From an uncultured Hormoscilla sp. (GTDB lineage: Bacteria; Cyanobacteriota; Cyanobacteriia; Cyanobacteriales; Desertifilaceae), in the NCBI GenBank assembly GCA_963921275.4, contig OZ001293.3, positions 64,001 to 128,000 of the forward strand: a DNA stretch of 64,000 nucleotides, in the 5' to 3' direction. Below the pieces are notes generated by a model that saw only the letters and a list, made by a program, of their open reading frames with translations, ran no database searches and was not told where the DNA came from. Below are positions 55,832 through 64,000 of the stretch, piece by piece. Numbering within the stretch: position 1 is the stretch's first letter; every line of letters starts with the position of its first letter. The position numbers and the translations under genes were made by a program.

Positions 55832-56017
55832 CCTGGGAACGGTCTTCTGAGGATCCTGCCTCAATTTATTTAATCCGGGCTTCTTCAATTCTATCATATT
55901 TCTATATAATCAACATCCTTCTCTCATTCCCAGGTTCTACCTGGGAACGGTCTTCTGAGGATCCTGCCTCAATTTATTTAATCTGAGCTTCTTCAATTCT
56001 ATCATATTATCTATATT
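55832..56017. repeat. About 78-bp direct repeat, two copies
   Basis: cctgggaacggtcttctgaggatcctgcctcaatttatttaatc... at 55832 and 55940. Confidence 0.85.
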
Positions 56018-56096
56018 CAACCTTCTCGATCTTTTGGTAGCTTCACAGAATGTCGAACCGCTGGTGAATATCGTACCAGCAAAAGTGAAATGCAAT

Positions 56097-56726
56097 CTAC
56101 ACTTCATCTTTCTTAACGATCGCCACCAAAATTTTCATTAAATCTTCCAAGTCATTTGGCACGCGATATAAGTTCAAATCTTGGGTAATTTGTTTCTTCT
56201 CCCGTGCCAAAAACCCAAACTGCCAAATATTGCCAATGGAAACCGCACCATAGAGACGTTCACTTTCTGGTTGCTGACCTTGGGCGATCGCCTTATCGAT
56301 CGCAATTAACTCAACCCCCAATTGAGTAAACCCCCGTTGTAAATTTTCATCCTTCGCTTCTATCACCAATAAATGATTCTGAGATTGTAAATAGTAATCT
56401 AACGCACCTTTTAACTGGTCGTTTACTGCTAAAGGATAACTCACCTTGACTTTCACGCGAGTATAATGGATCAAATCCATTAAAACTGGTGCAATCAAAA
56501 ACTCTCGGCGTGCTGCTTCGCTGTCTAATGTAACCAGCGGTAAACTTTCTTCGATCCGCTGACGTAAACTCTCTAATCTGTCTAGCTGACCTTGAGATTG
56601 AGGAAGTGTTACCGCTTCTGCTTGGAAACTATATCCAAAATATGCGAAAATATCTTCCCTGTAATAATTGAGCTTGCTGTAATCAGAAAATGTATAAGAT
56701 TGGCCTAGTTCTATAGCTTTTGTCAC
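56097..56726 (-). CDS. Conserved cyanobacterial hypothetical protein, PD-(D/E)XK-like
   Basis: SEAARREFLIAPVL, GALDY, LVIEAK, LYGAVSIG. Confidence 0.8.
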   Translation of the reverse strand: MTKAIELGQSYTFSDYSKLNYYREDIFAYFGYSFQAEAVTLPQSQGQLDRLESLRQRIEESLPLVTLDSEAARREFLIAPVLMDLIHYTRVKVKVSYPLAVNDQLKGALDYYLQSQNHLLVIEAKDENLQRGFTQLGVELIAIDKAIAQGQQPESERLYGAVSIGNIWQFGFLAREKKQITQDLNLYRVPNDLEDLMKILVAIVKKDEV

Positions 56727-56795
56727 GATCGCCTCCTGGTGATATTGGGAATTGTTGACAGAGGGGCGATGGGGCGATCGCCCCCCAGAGGATCG

Positions 56796-57182
56796 TTATT
56801 CCTTCAATTGTGCCAGCATTGCAGCTTCATCCCAGTAAGAGGATAGCTTTTGAATCTTACCTTCAGAATTCATTTCAAAAACAGTAATCCCCTCAGCGCT
56901 AGCAGCCCTGCCATTTTTAGCGATCGCCCGCATCGTCCATTTAGCCGCCGCCCCATTGCCAGCGATAAAGATATTATCTGGCGATACTTCCAGCCGATCG
57001 TAAAATTTCGACAACAGCGAGAAGAACTTCTCTCCATCTGCATGGGCATTCATCGGCGGTTTGTCAACCGGGTCACAAATTACAGCATCATCAGCAAAGC
57101 TTTCCATCCAGCCCGCTGCATTCATCGCTGCCATGTTATTATAATAGGCAACTACAACTTTTTCAATTGCTTCTTTCGACAT
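56796..57182 (-). CDS. NTF2/SnoaL-like protein
   Basis: FADDAVICDP, GITVFEMNSEGKIQKLSSYWD. Confidence 0.88.
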   Translation of the reverse strand: MSKEAIEKVVVAYYNNMAAMNAAGWMESFADDAVICDPVDKPPMNAHADGEKFFSLLSKFYDRLEVSPDNIFIAGNGAAAKWTMRAIAKNGRAASAEGITVFEMNSEGKIQKLSSYWDEAAMLAQLKE

Positions 57183-57210
57183 CTGCAATCATCCTTCTAA
57201 CTTGAAAATC

Positions 57211-57477
57211 ACGTTCGTAGTGAGGACTTTATTCCTCTCCCGCGAGTTAGGGAGATAAGGACTAAAGTCCTTACTACGAACCTTATTACGAACCTGGCGA
57301 GATAAGGACTAAAGTCCTTACTACGAACCTTATTACGAACCTGGCGAGATAAGGACTTTAGTCCTTACTACGAACCTTACTACGAACCTGGCGAGATAAG
57401 GACTTTAGTCCTTACTACGAACCTTACTACGAACCTGGCGAGATAAGGACTTTAGTCCTTACTACGAACCTTACTAC
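57211..57477. repeat. Tandem array (about 47-bp period) built on AAGGACT(A/T)(A/T)AGTCCTTACTACGAAC
   Basis: 5 near-identical units plus one inverted copy. Confidence 0.92.
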
Positions 57478-58967
57478 TTATCCGCTTGTAAACTCGCAAA
57501 AAGTTCCTGCCAGTTTGCCGAGGCAGCGCCATCTGTCTCCTTCACCTCAAAGGTAACATTATATGCCTGGGGTTGGCAGATCGCCTGTAAGCAGAGTTCA
57601 GCGATATCTTCCCGACTGATTTGACCTTTAATATTGTCCCCTTGGTCAAGCATCAGTGCTTTACCACCCTCCTTTTCCGTCAGGGCACAAGGTCTGATAA
57701 TCATATAGGGAATACCACTAGCGCGAATAGCATCTTCTCCCCGGAGTTTCCAGGTAAGAATTCCTCCCAACTGATCGTTCATTCTCACAGCGGGTGGTTC
57801 TTCCTCTAGATTAATCCCAGGTCGGCCCGGACGAGTCACCCCAGCGGAACTAATCTGAATAAACTGTGGTTTAACAGCACCGCCATAGGCTTTAATCGAT
57901 TCCACTTGCAAAGCAAAACCACCAGGAGTAAAATGGGGATTAAGTCCGCCATCGTACTCAAACTTACTCAACATCAACTGGCAAGCGTAAATGCTGCTAA
58001 GCTCCAGTTTAGCATCGGACACAGTTTTAGCCCGAAACACCGGAATAAATTCATCGAAGGGAATTCTCACAGTTATCCAGCGGTTAGGTTCCGTATCGAA
58101 AGAATAGCTAAAACCAATCCCATCCCATTTCCCCTCGCTGCGCAGAATAAATTTATAGCGCTTGCCATCCCCCTTGACCCGCAACTCCACGCCAGTGTAA
58201 CCTGTCAGGTTGAGGGGAATCTCGAAGTTTTTGGTTCTCACCGACGCAAAACCACCAGAATTAGCAGTTGAGACATTTCCCGCGAACGCAGCACCCTCTG
58301 ATATAAGTCTAATTTCACTTGCACTCACTCCACCCATCACCACATCATCCACTGCACCCCAGGTTTCCTTCAAATCAGCAGATGGGTTAGTGAAGTCAAA
58401 GATGACTTTTTCGTCAGCTTTCGGCAGATATCTGCCCGCAACTTGCACCAAATTAGCAATTCCCTGATAGTCCACAATTTCTGGACTATCAACAACTTCT
58501 GGCATATAGAACTTGATGCCTTGATAGTATTTTTCCCGAGTCTGGGTGTCACCTTCAACGGGTTGCACCCTCATCCCAGTACAGCAGATAACTGCCCTGA
58601 CGTCAAGCATCATTTCGGCAGTCAAGGTTTCTGGGATAGTGATATCTCCTTCAAAGAGTTCCACTTTATCCCCCAACATCTCCCTGGCCCTGCTAACATC
58701 TCTAACTAAGGCCCGCACTGGGTAATGGCGATCGACCAGACGTCTGACAACACGTTTACCGACCCCGCCAGTAGCACCAGCTACCAGAATTACACCCATT
58801 TTTTGCTCTCCAGATGATTTATATTGATTATCCCCCATCACAGCTTTAATTAAGCGCTGTATGCAGCCAAAAAAGGGAATTACATCGAAATATGCCAGAG
58901 TTTGTACGAACCTGCTAGCATCCCACCAAGCACGATTTGTCACATTCTTTCTCCTTATGCTTTTCAA
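57474..58967 (-). CDS. NAD(P)-binding + CIA30 (NDUFAF1-like) protein
   Basis: LVAGATGGVG, WGAVDDVVMGGVS, NSGGFASVR, ISREDIAE. Confidence 0.93.
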   Translation of the reverse strand: MKSIRRKNVTNRAWWDASRFVQTLAYFDVIPFFGCIQRLIKAVMGDNQYKSSGEQKMGVILVAGATGGVGKRVVRRLVDRHYPVRALVRDVSRAREMLGDKVELFEGDITIPETLTAEMMLDVRAVICCTGMRVQPVEGDTQTREKYYQGIKFYMPEVVDSPEIVDYQGIANLVQVAGRYLPKADEKVIFDFTNPSADLKETWGAVDDVVMGGVSASEIRLISEGAAFAGNVSTANSGGFASVRTKNFEIPLNLTGYTGVELRVKGDGKRYKFILRSEGKWDGIGFSYSFDTEPNRWITVRIPFDEFIPVFRAKTVSDAKLELSSIYACQLMLSKFEYDGGLNPHFTPGGFALQVESIKAYGGAVKPQFIQISSAGVTRPGRPGINLEEEPPAVRMNDQLGGILTWKLRGEDAIRASGIPYMIIRPCALTEKEGGKALMLDQGDNIKGQISREDIAELCLQAICQPQAYNVTFEVKETDGAASANWQELFASLQADK

Positions 58968-58991
58968 TTTATTATAGCCTATTGTTTAATT

Positions 58992-59322
58992 TTATAGTGG
59001 ATGCCAGCCAGCGATAACCCACTGGCTCCTGACCGTGACAGCAATGCTATTGTTAAGTTGTAATGCTGCAACTGTCGCTCTACCGCAGGCTGTTAGCCCG
59101 ATTATTTCCGTGCCATCCTCACTCCAGGTAAAATGGCGAAACCACTGCTGACTGCGAGGATTAAATAGCGGCACAAGTCGATTACTTACTCGATCGCGTC
59201 CGTGGGTTTGAGTTCCTTTGTAGCTATTGCAAAGACGACAGGCAAGCCATAGGTTGTCCTCATCGTCGGTGCCACCCCGTGCTATAGGAATAATATGCTC
59301 AATTCTCAATTCTTCCATTATC
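58992..59322 (-). pseudogene. HNH endonuclease C-terminal fragment
   Basis: IEHIIPIARGG, NLWLACRLCN; N-terminal CxxC missing. Confidence 0.8.
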
Positions 59323-59324
59323 CC

Positions 59325-59905
59325 CTCTTCAAAGGAATTTCCACAATCAACTCCGTACCCTTCCCAGAGTTGAAACACACTTCAGCTGACCGCCATGTTT
59401 TTCCACTACAATCTGATAACTAATCGCCAAACCAATGCCAGTCCCCTTACCTATCGGCTTAGTAGTAAAAAACGGGTCAAACAGCTTCGACTGCACTACT
59501 TCGGGAATACCAGGGCCATTATCTGCCACTCCGATAATCACATTAGGCATTTCCGATTCTGTCTTTGACAGTCCCGTGCGAATAGTAATCTGACTCTGGT
59601 TAGCCCTCTGTTCGGCCAAGGAACGATTTTGGTTATACTCTTCCAAGGCATCGATCGCATTAGCTAGCAGATTCATAAACACCTGATTCAGCTGACCCGC
59701 GTAACATTCCACCTTGGGCAAATTACCATATTTCTTGAGTACCTGAATTCCCAGGCGATCGGACTTAGCTTTCAGTCGGTTCCCTAAAATAAGTAATGTG
59801 CTATCTATGCCCTCATGAATATCCACCGACTTCATTTCGGCTTCATCCACCCGCGAGAAATTGCGCAAGGACTTGATAATTTCGCGGATGCGTTCTGCCC
59901 CCAAC
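59325..59905 (-). pseudogene. Histidine kinase HATPase fragment
   Basis: [39 protein letters not shown]; no H-box or sensor. Confidence 0.9.
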
Positions 59906-60178
59906 TTCTTGGAATGCCCAATCAGTCGGTCGCACATCCCGCAATTGAGAAACTGAGGTTATTTGTCCCATTGAGTTGGGATACCGACCTGGATTGCCTG
60001 ATCGCAGCAGTTGGTCTAAGATTGGGGTAGGTACAGCCTGTGCCACTATCCTTTCCCTTCGCCCCATTACTGGCTGTGGTACTGTTTCTCCAACTATAGC
60101 CCCATTCGATACAGCTATTACTGCTCCTACAACTGCTGGAGAGCCCAGCAATAATGATTTCCACAATATTTTTGACAT
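59906..60178 (-). pseudogene. N-terminus of an SLH-domain outer-membrane porin (Som type)
   Basis: Signal peptide + MGQITSVSQLRDVRPTDWAFQ, then fused to the kinase fragment. Confidence 0.88.
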
Positions 60179-60187
60179 GCGATCGTT

Positions 60188-60198
60188 CTCCTCACACC
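60188..60198 (-). promoter_or_regulatory. Yfr1 sRNA-complementary site in the porin leader
   Basis: mRNA GGUGUGAGGAG overlapping the RBS, complementary to the Yfr1 core ACUCCUCACAC. Confidence 0.65.
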
Positions 60199-60326
60199 TG
60201 AAACATCTACAGAAAGATTCCTAACTTCTTCTGCAAATCTTACCATCTTTGCAAACAGCAATTTCCACCTCTAGCTGCAGTAAGGGGGTGGTAGCAATTT
60301 CGTTTCCGTCTAGTTGTTTGCAGTTT

Positions 60327-60608
60327 TTACTCGATCTGGGAAATCACTTTTGCCAGATCGAAATCTTTTTGAGTTAAACCACCCGCATCATGGGTTGTCA
60401 AGTTAATTGTGACTTTGTTGTAGGAAATTGAGATATCTGGGTGATGGTTCGCCGCTTCCGCTGGTTCTACCAGTTTATTCACAAAGGCGATCGCCTCGAC
60501 AAAATTCTTGAGCTTCTTTATCCGACGCAGTGATTTCCCGTCTAATTCCCAGTCAGTCAGCGAAGATAATTTTTCTTTTATCGATGTCTCGTTTAATAAC
60601 AAACTCAT
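60327..60608 (-). CDS. phhB: Pterin-4a-carbinolamine dehydratase
   Basis: AEAANHHPDI, LTTHDAGGLT.KD. Confidence 0.95.
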   Translation of the reverse strand: MSLLLNETSIKEKLSSLTDWELDGKSLRRIKKLKNFVEAIAFVNKLVEPAEAANHHPDISISYNKVTINLTTHDAGGLTQKDFDLAKVISQIE

Positions 60609-61007
60609 GTCAACTACTCCTACTTCCTGCCAACTGGATTATATTTATCTATTTAAAATACTATCCGCTCTCACGCTAAGTTGAAATAGCCGCAGCTATA
60701 ACACTTATCGGAGTGAGAGCGGTGTAGCGGGTCAACAAGGTTAGCACCTGACTGCCGGGAGGAACTCCCCGCCAGTCTTGTCATGGCCAGAGTCGATGCT
60801 CCAACCAGGGATGACAAACTGGCTGTTAGAGAACAGCCCCGGCACACAGCCTGCATTTACCAACCTGATGACCCATGCATTTACTACTATCAATCATGGG
60901 CATCACCTCCTTTCTCCCTGAACGGTTTCATTTTCACCGGTTGCATGCAAGCGCCAAGCAGCTTTACTTACCATAGCACAGTTTGCAGAAATAGGACAGC
61001 AAAGCTG

Positions 61008-61039
61008 AAAAAAAATACCCCTGCCCAGAGGCAGGGGTA
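61008..61039 (-). terminator. Intrinsic terminator after psbD
   Basis: tacccctgcc/ggcaggggta stem followed by an 8-U run on the minus strand. Confidence 0.8.
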
Positions 61040-61092
61040 AAATTTACCCTAAGTCCAAAGACTTATCTTGGGTAGAAACTACCGCGAAAGTT

Positions 61093-62151
61093 TTACAGAG
61101 CATTACCGCGAGGCAGAACTTCCTCAGGGAATTGGAAGAACTGATGAGGCTGGTCAGCCGGAGCCATCCAAGCCCGCATGCCTTCGTTGAGGAGGATGTT
61201 CTTGGTGTAGAAGGTTTCAAACTCTGGGTCTTCAGCAGCCCGCAACTCTTGGGATACGAAGTCGTAAGCCCGCAGGTTTAACGCTAATCCCACAACGCCC
61301 ACAGCGCTCATCCACAAACCGGTGACCGGCACAAACAACATGAAGAAGTGCAGCCACCGCTTGTTGGAGAAGGCGATGCCGAAGATTTGGGACCAGAAGC
61401 GGTTAGCCGTCACCATACTGTAGGTTTCTTCCGCTTGGGTGGGGTTGAAGGCTCGGAAAGTGTTGGCTTGCTCGGAGTCTTCAAATAGAGTGTTCTCAAC
61501 AGTAGCTCCGTGGATGGCACAGAGTAAAGCTCCGCCTAGAACACCGGCTACTCCCATCATGTGGAAGGGGTTCAAAGTCCAGTTGTGGAAGCCTTGCAAG
61601 AACAGGATGAAGCGGAAGATGCCAGCGACTCCGAAGCTGGGGGCAAAGAACCAGCCGCTTTGACCCAAGGGGTACATCAGGAAGACGCTGACGAAGACCG
61701 CGATCGGGGCCGAAAAGGCGATCGCATTGTAAGGACGGATGCCGACGACGCGGGAAATTTCAAATTGGCGCAGCATGAAACCGATCAGTGCGAAAGCTCC
61801 GTGCAGGGCGACAAATGTCCACAAACCACCCAGTTGGCACCAGCGGGTGAAGTCCCCGTTCGCTTCTGGACCCCAGAGGAACAGCAGGGAATGTCCTAGA
61901 CTGTTGGGGGGGGTTGAAACCGCCACCGTCAGGAAGTTGCAGCCTTCCAGGTAGGAGCTAGCCAACCCGTGGGTGTACCAGCTAGTGACGAAGGTGGTGC
62001 CAGTCAGCCAGCCACCAATTGACAGGTAAGCGCAGGGGAACAATAATATTCCCGACCAACCGATGAATACAAACCGATCGCGCTTGAGCCAGTCATCGAG
62101 GACATCAAACCATCCTCTTTCGCTGGTCGCGCTTCCTACTAATGTTGTCAC
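61093..62151 (-). CDS. psbD: Photosystem II D2 protein, monocistronic copy
   Basis: [16 protein letters not shown]...[13 protein letters not shown] at 62151 with GGAG RBS gives the canonical 352 aa; no psbC follows. Confidence 0.98.
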   Translation of the reverse strand: MTTLVGSATSERGWFDVLDDWLKRDRFVFIGWSGILLFPCAYLSIGGWLTGTTFVTSWYTHGLASSYLEGCNFLTVAVSTPPNSLGHSLLFLWGPEANGDFTRWCQLGGLWTFVALHGAFALIGFMLRQFEISRVVGIRPYNAIAFSAPIAVFVSVFLMYPLGQSGWFFAPSFGVAGIFRFILFLQGFHNWTLNPFHMMGVAGVLGGALLCAIHGATVENTLFEDSEQANTFRAFNPTQAEETYSMVTANRFWSQIFGIAFSNKRWLHFFMLFVPVTGLWMSAVGVVGLALNLRAYDFVSQELRAAEDPEFETFYTKNILLNEGMRAWMAPADQPHQFFQFPEEVLPRGNAL

Positions 62152-62417
62152 GACGCTTTTCTCCAAATTGGTATGATTACAGTAGTCAGTAACATCCCCT
62201 GCCAGTTCTCGCCCCTGCTTTTCCTTAGCAGAAAACGAGTCTGACTGTGAGGAAAGTTTACTTTTCTTTACTATACACTCATTATAGAGAGAATTTTAGG
62301 GATTTGCCATCCCCCAAAAAAATTTTTTCCGCCATTACACCGGCAGCAAGGGTAGAGATCGAGTAGAGCGCTATGAGATACTAGTAGATATTGTACCTGT
62401 GACATGATTGACCGCTT

Positions 62418-62702
62418 ATGTACGAGATCGACGTGACCTTGAAGCAAAATCCCTTGTCCCTATCGGTGGAGCGCAAGTCGGTGGAAGAGGCGGAAGCCTT
62501 GTATAAACAGATTCTGGAGGCATTGCGTTCCGGCAGCGATGTGCTCCTGGAGTTGACCTGCGACCGGCAGACAAACAAGAAAATCGGCATCCTCGTCAGT
62601 GAGATTTCAGCGGTGCAGATGGCGGAAAAATCCAGCACTGCCGCCGGTTCTGGCAGACCACCTGGTTTCTTTGCTGTCACAGATCTGGCTAATGGAGAGT
62701 AG
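62418..62702 (+). CDS. Conserved cyanobacterial small protein (UPF0367-like)
   Basis: PLSLSVERK..LELTC..PPGF; overlaps the ABC ATPase start. Confidence 0.8.
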   Translation: MYEIDVTLKQNPLSLSVERKSVEEAEALYKQILEALRSGSDVLLELTCDRQTNKKIGILVSEISAVQMAEKSSTAAGSGRPPGFFAVTDLANGE

Positions 62703-63381
62703 CGCCGGTTCCTGGAGAGCAGCTCCTGCCATTCGGGTGCAGGATTTAGTCTTCAGTTGGCCTAAGGGATCTCCAGTCTTAAATAATTGTTCTCTGGATG
62801 TGCCCAAGGGCAGTTTCTGGATGCTCTTGGGGATAAATGGCAGTGGGAAATCGACTTTACTCAGATTGGTGGCCGGACTGTTGCATCCCCAATCCGGTCA
62901 AATTCAGGTCTCAAAACCAGTAGGATTTGTGTTCCAAAACCCGGACCACCAGCTCGTGATGCCCACCGTGGGAGCAGATGTGGCTTTTGGCCTAGTGGCA
63001 GAAAATCTATCGCCGGAGGTGACCAGACGGCGGGTGGCAGAGGCGCTCAATGCCGTTAATTTACTCCACTTGCAACGACGCCCGATTTACGCCCTCAGCG
63101 GGGGTCAAAAGCAACGGGTGGCGATCGCAGGTGCGATCGCCCGCCATTGTGAAGTGTTGCTCTTAGATGAACCGACGGCCCTACTGGATCCGGACTCTCA
63201 GTTATATCTAGTATCTCTTGTCCGAGAGTTGGTTAAAAGTCGCGGTCTGACTGCTCTATGGGTAACGCACCGCGTCGAGGAACTGAATTATTGTGATGGT
63301 GCTTTCTTATTGGAGGCAGGTCAAGTTGTAGATTTTGGCTCACCAGAACGATGGCGACGGCGCTTGCTCATTGAACAGTAA
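62692..63381 (+). CDS. ABC/ECF transporter ATP-binding protein
   Basis: GINGSGKST, VFQNPD, LSGGQKQR, LLDEPT. Confidence 0.95.
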   Translation: MESSAGSWRAAPAIRVQDLVFSWPKGSPVLNNCSLDVPKGSFWMLLGINGSGKSTLLRLVAGLLHPQSGQIQVSKPVGFVFQNPDHQLVMPTVGADVAFGLVAENLSPEVTRRRVAEALNAVNLLHLQRRPIYALSGGQKQRVAIAGAIARHCEVLLLDEPTALLDPDSQLYLVSLVRELVKSRGLTALWVTHRVEELNYCDGAFLLEAGQVVDFGSPERWRRRLLIEQ

Positions 63382-63758
63382 ACAGTTATCAGCGACCAGG
63401 TACCAGGACCACCAGTGAAACCCGGTTTCTAGTCCTTGGTGTAGGCACGATCGTCCCCTTGTGGCAAGAAACCGGGTTTCTGCGATCGCCTAGCAGTCTT
63501 TACCCAAGGTGATCAGAAACCCGGTTTCTGGTACCGTAGGCGCGTGAGCCCCCTTGTGGCAAGAAACGGGTTTCCCGAGATCTAAGAGTCTTTACCCAAG
63601 AAGGTGTCACGATGTGATGCCAGTCACAATTGTTTGATTGCGCAGCGCGGCGCCAGCCTTGCCCAGCCATGGATACAGCTTGCCTTTCGTGGCGAGTCCG
63701 TCTCGATGGTCAACACCAGTGCCAGCAGGAGGCGATCGCTATTAATAAGGTATCACGA

Positions 63759-63832
63759 TGCGAGCAATAAGGTTACAGACTGCGAGCAATAAGGTTACAG
63801 ACTGCGAGCAATAAGGTTACAGACTGCGAGCA
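63759..63832. repeat. Perfect 22-bp tandem repeat, about 3.4 units
   Basis: tgcgagcaataaggttacagac. Confidence 0.9.
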
Positions 63833-64000
63833 CCTCGCAGAGTGCGATTGCCTCGCAGCATTAAGAAACCCGGTCACTCCCAGAGCTGATCAGTGTACCC
63901 CTGTTATTCACCGTCCCTCCTCTGAATGGATAGGAACTAACATCGGTGAAGGAAAGTTGGGAGTAGGTGAGACCTTCGGTGAGAGCGATCAGATCGGTCG

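Overview
Cyanobacterial chromosome segment (dense HIP1 GCGATCGC; psbD, chlB, ftsY-nusB, pgl-fraH, galT, probable 6S RNA), most like a filamentous Oscillatoriales-type genome undergoing heavy decay. Core genes are intact, but much of the accessory DNA is frameshifted, nonsense-interrupted, duplicated or fused by deletion (NRPS/PKS remnant, R-M locus, TA loci, hpsJ). This pattern fits a host-associated lineage (inference). Main observations: (1) three related ORF-less group II introns (7496-8437, 24449-25319, 38625-39459), each with EBS1/EBS2 loops matching its own insertion site; one sits at a site created by a duplication junction. (2) A compact locus of consensus promoter, 85-nt tRNA-like RNA, stand-alone putative CdiA-CT-like tRNase and alpha-solenoid immunity-like gene (21743-23568). 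(3) An unclassified non-coding element in two copies flanking an HNH cassette, one carrying a 23-bp array. (4) Several 19-25 bp micro-repeats inserted in genes, one at a deletion breakpoint. (5) An IS982 element and MITEs with target-site duplications. All family assignments come from motif recognition; no searches were run.
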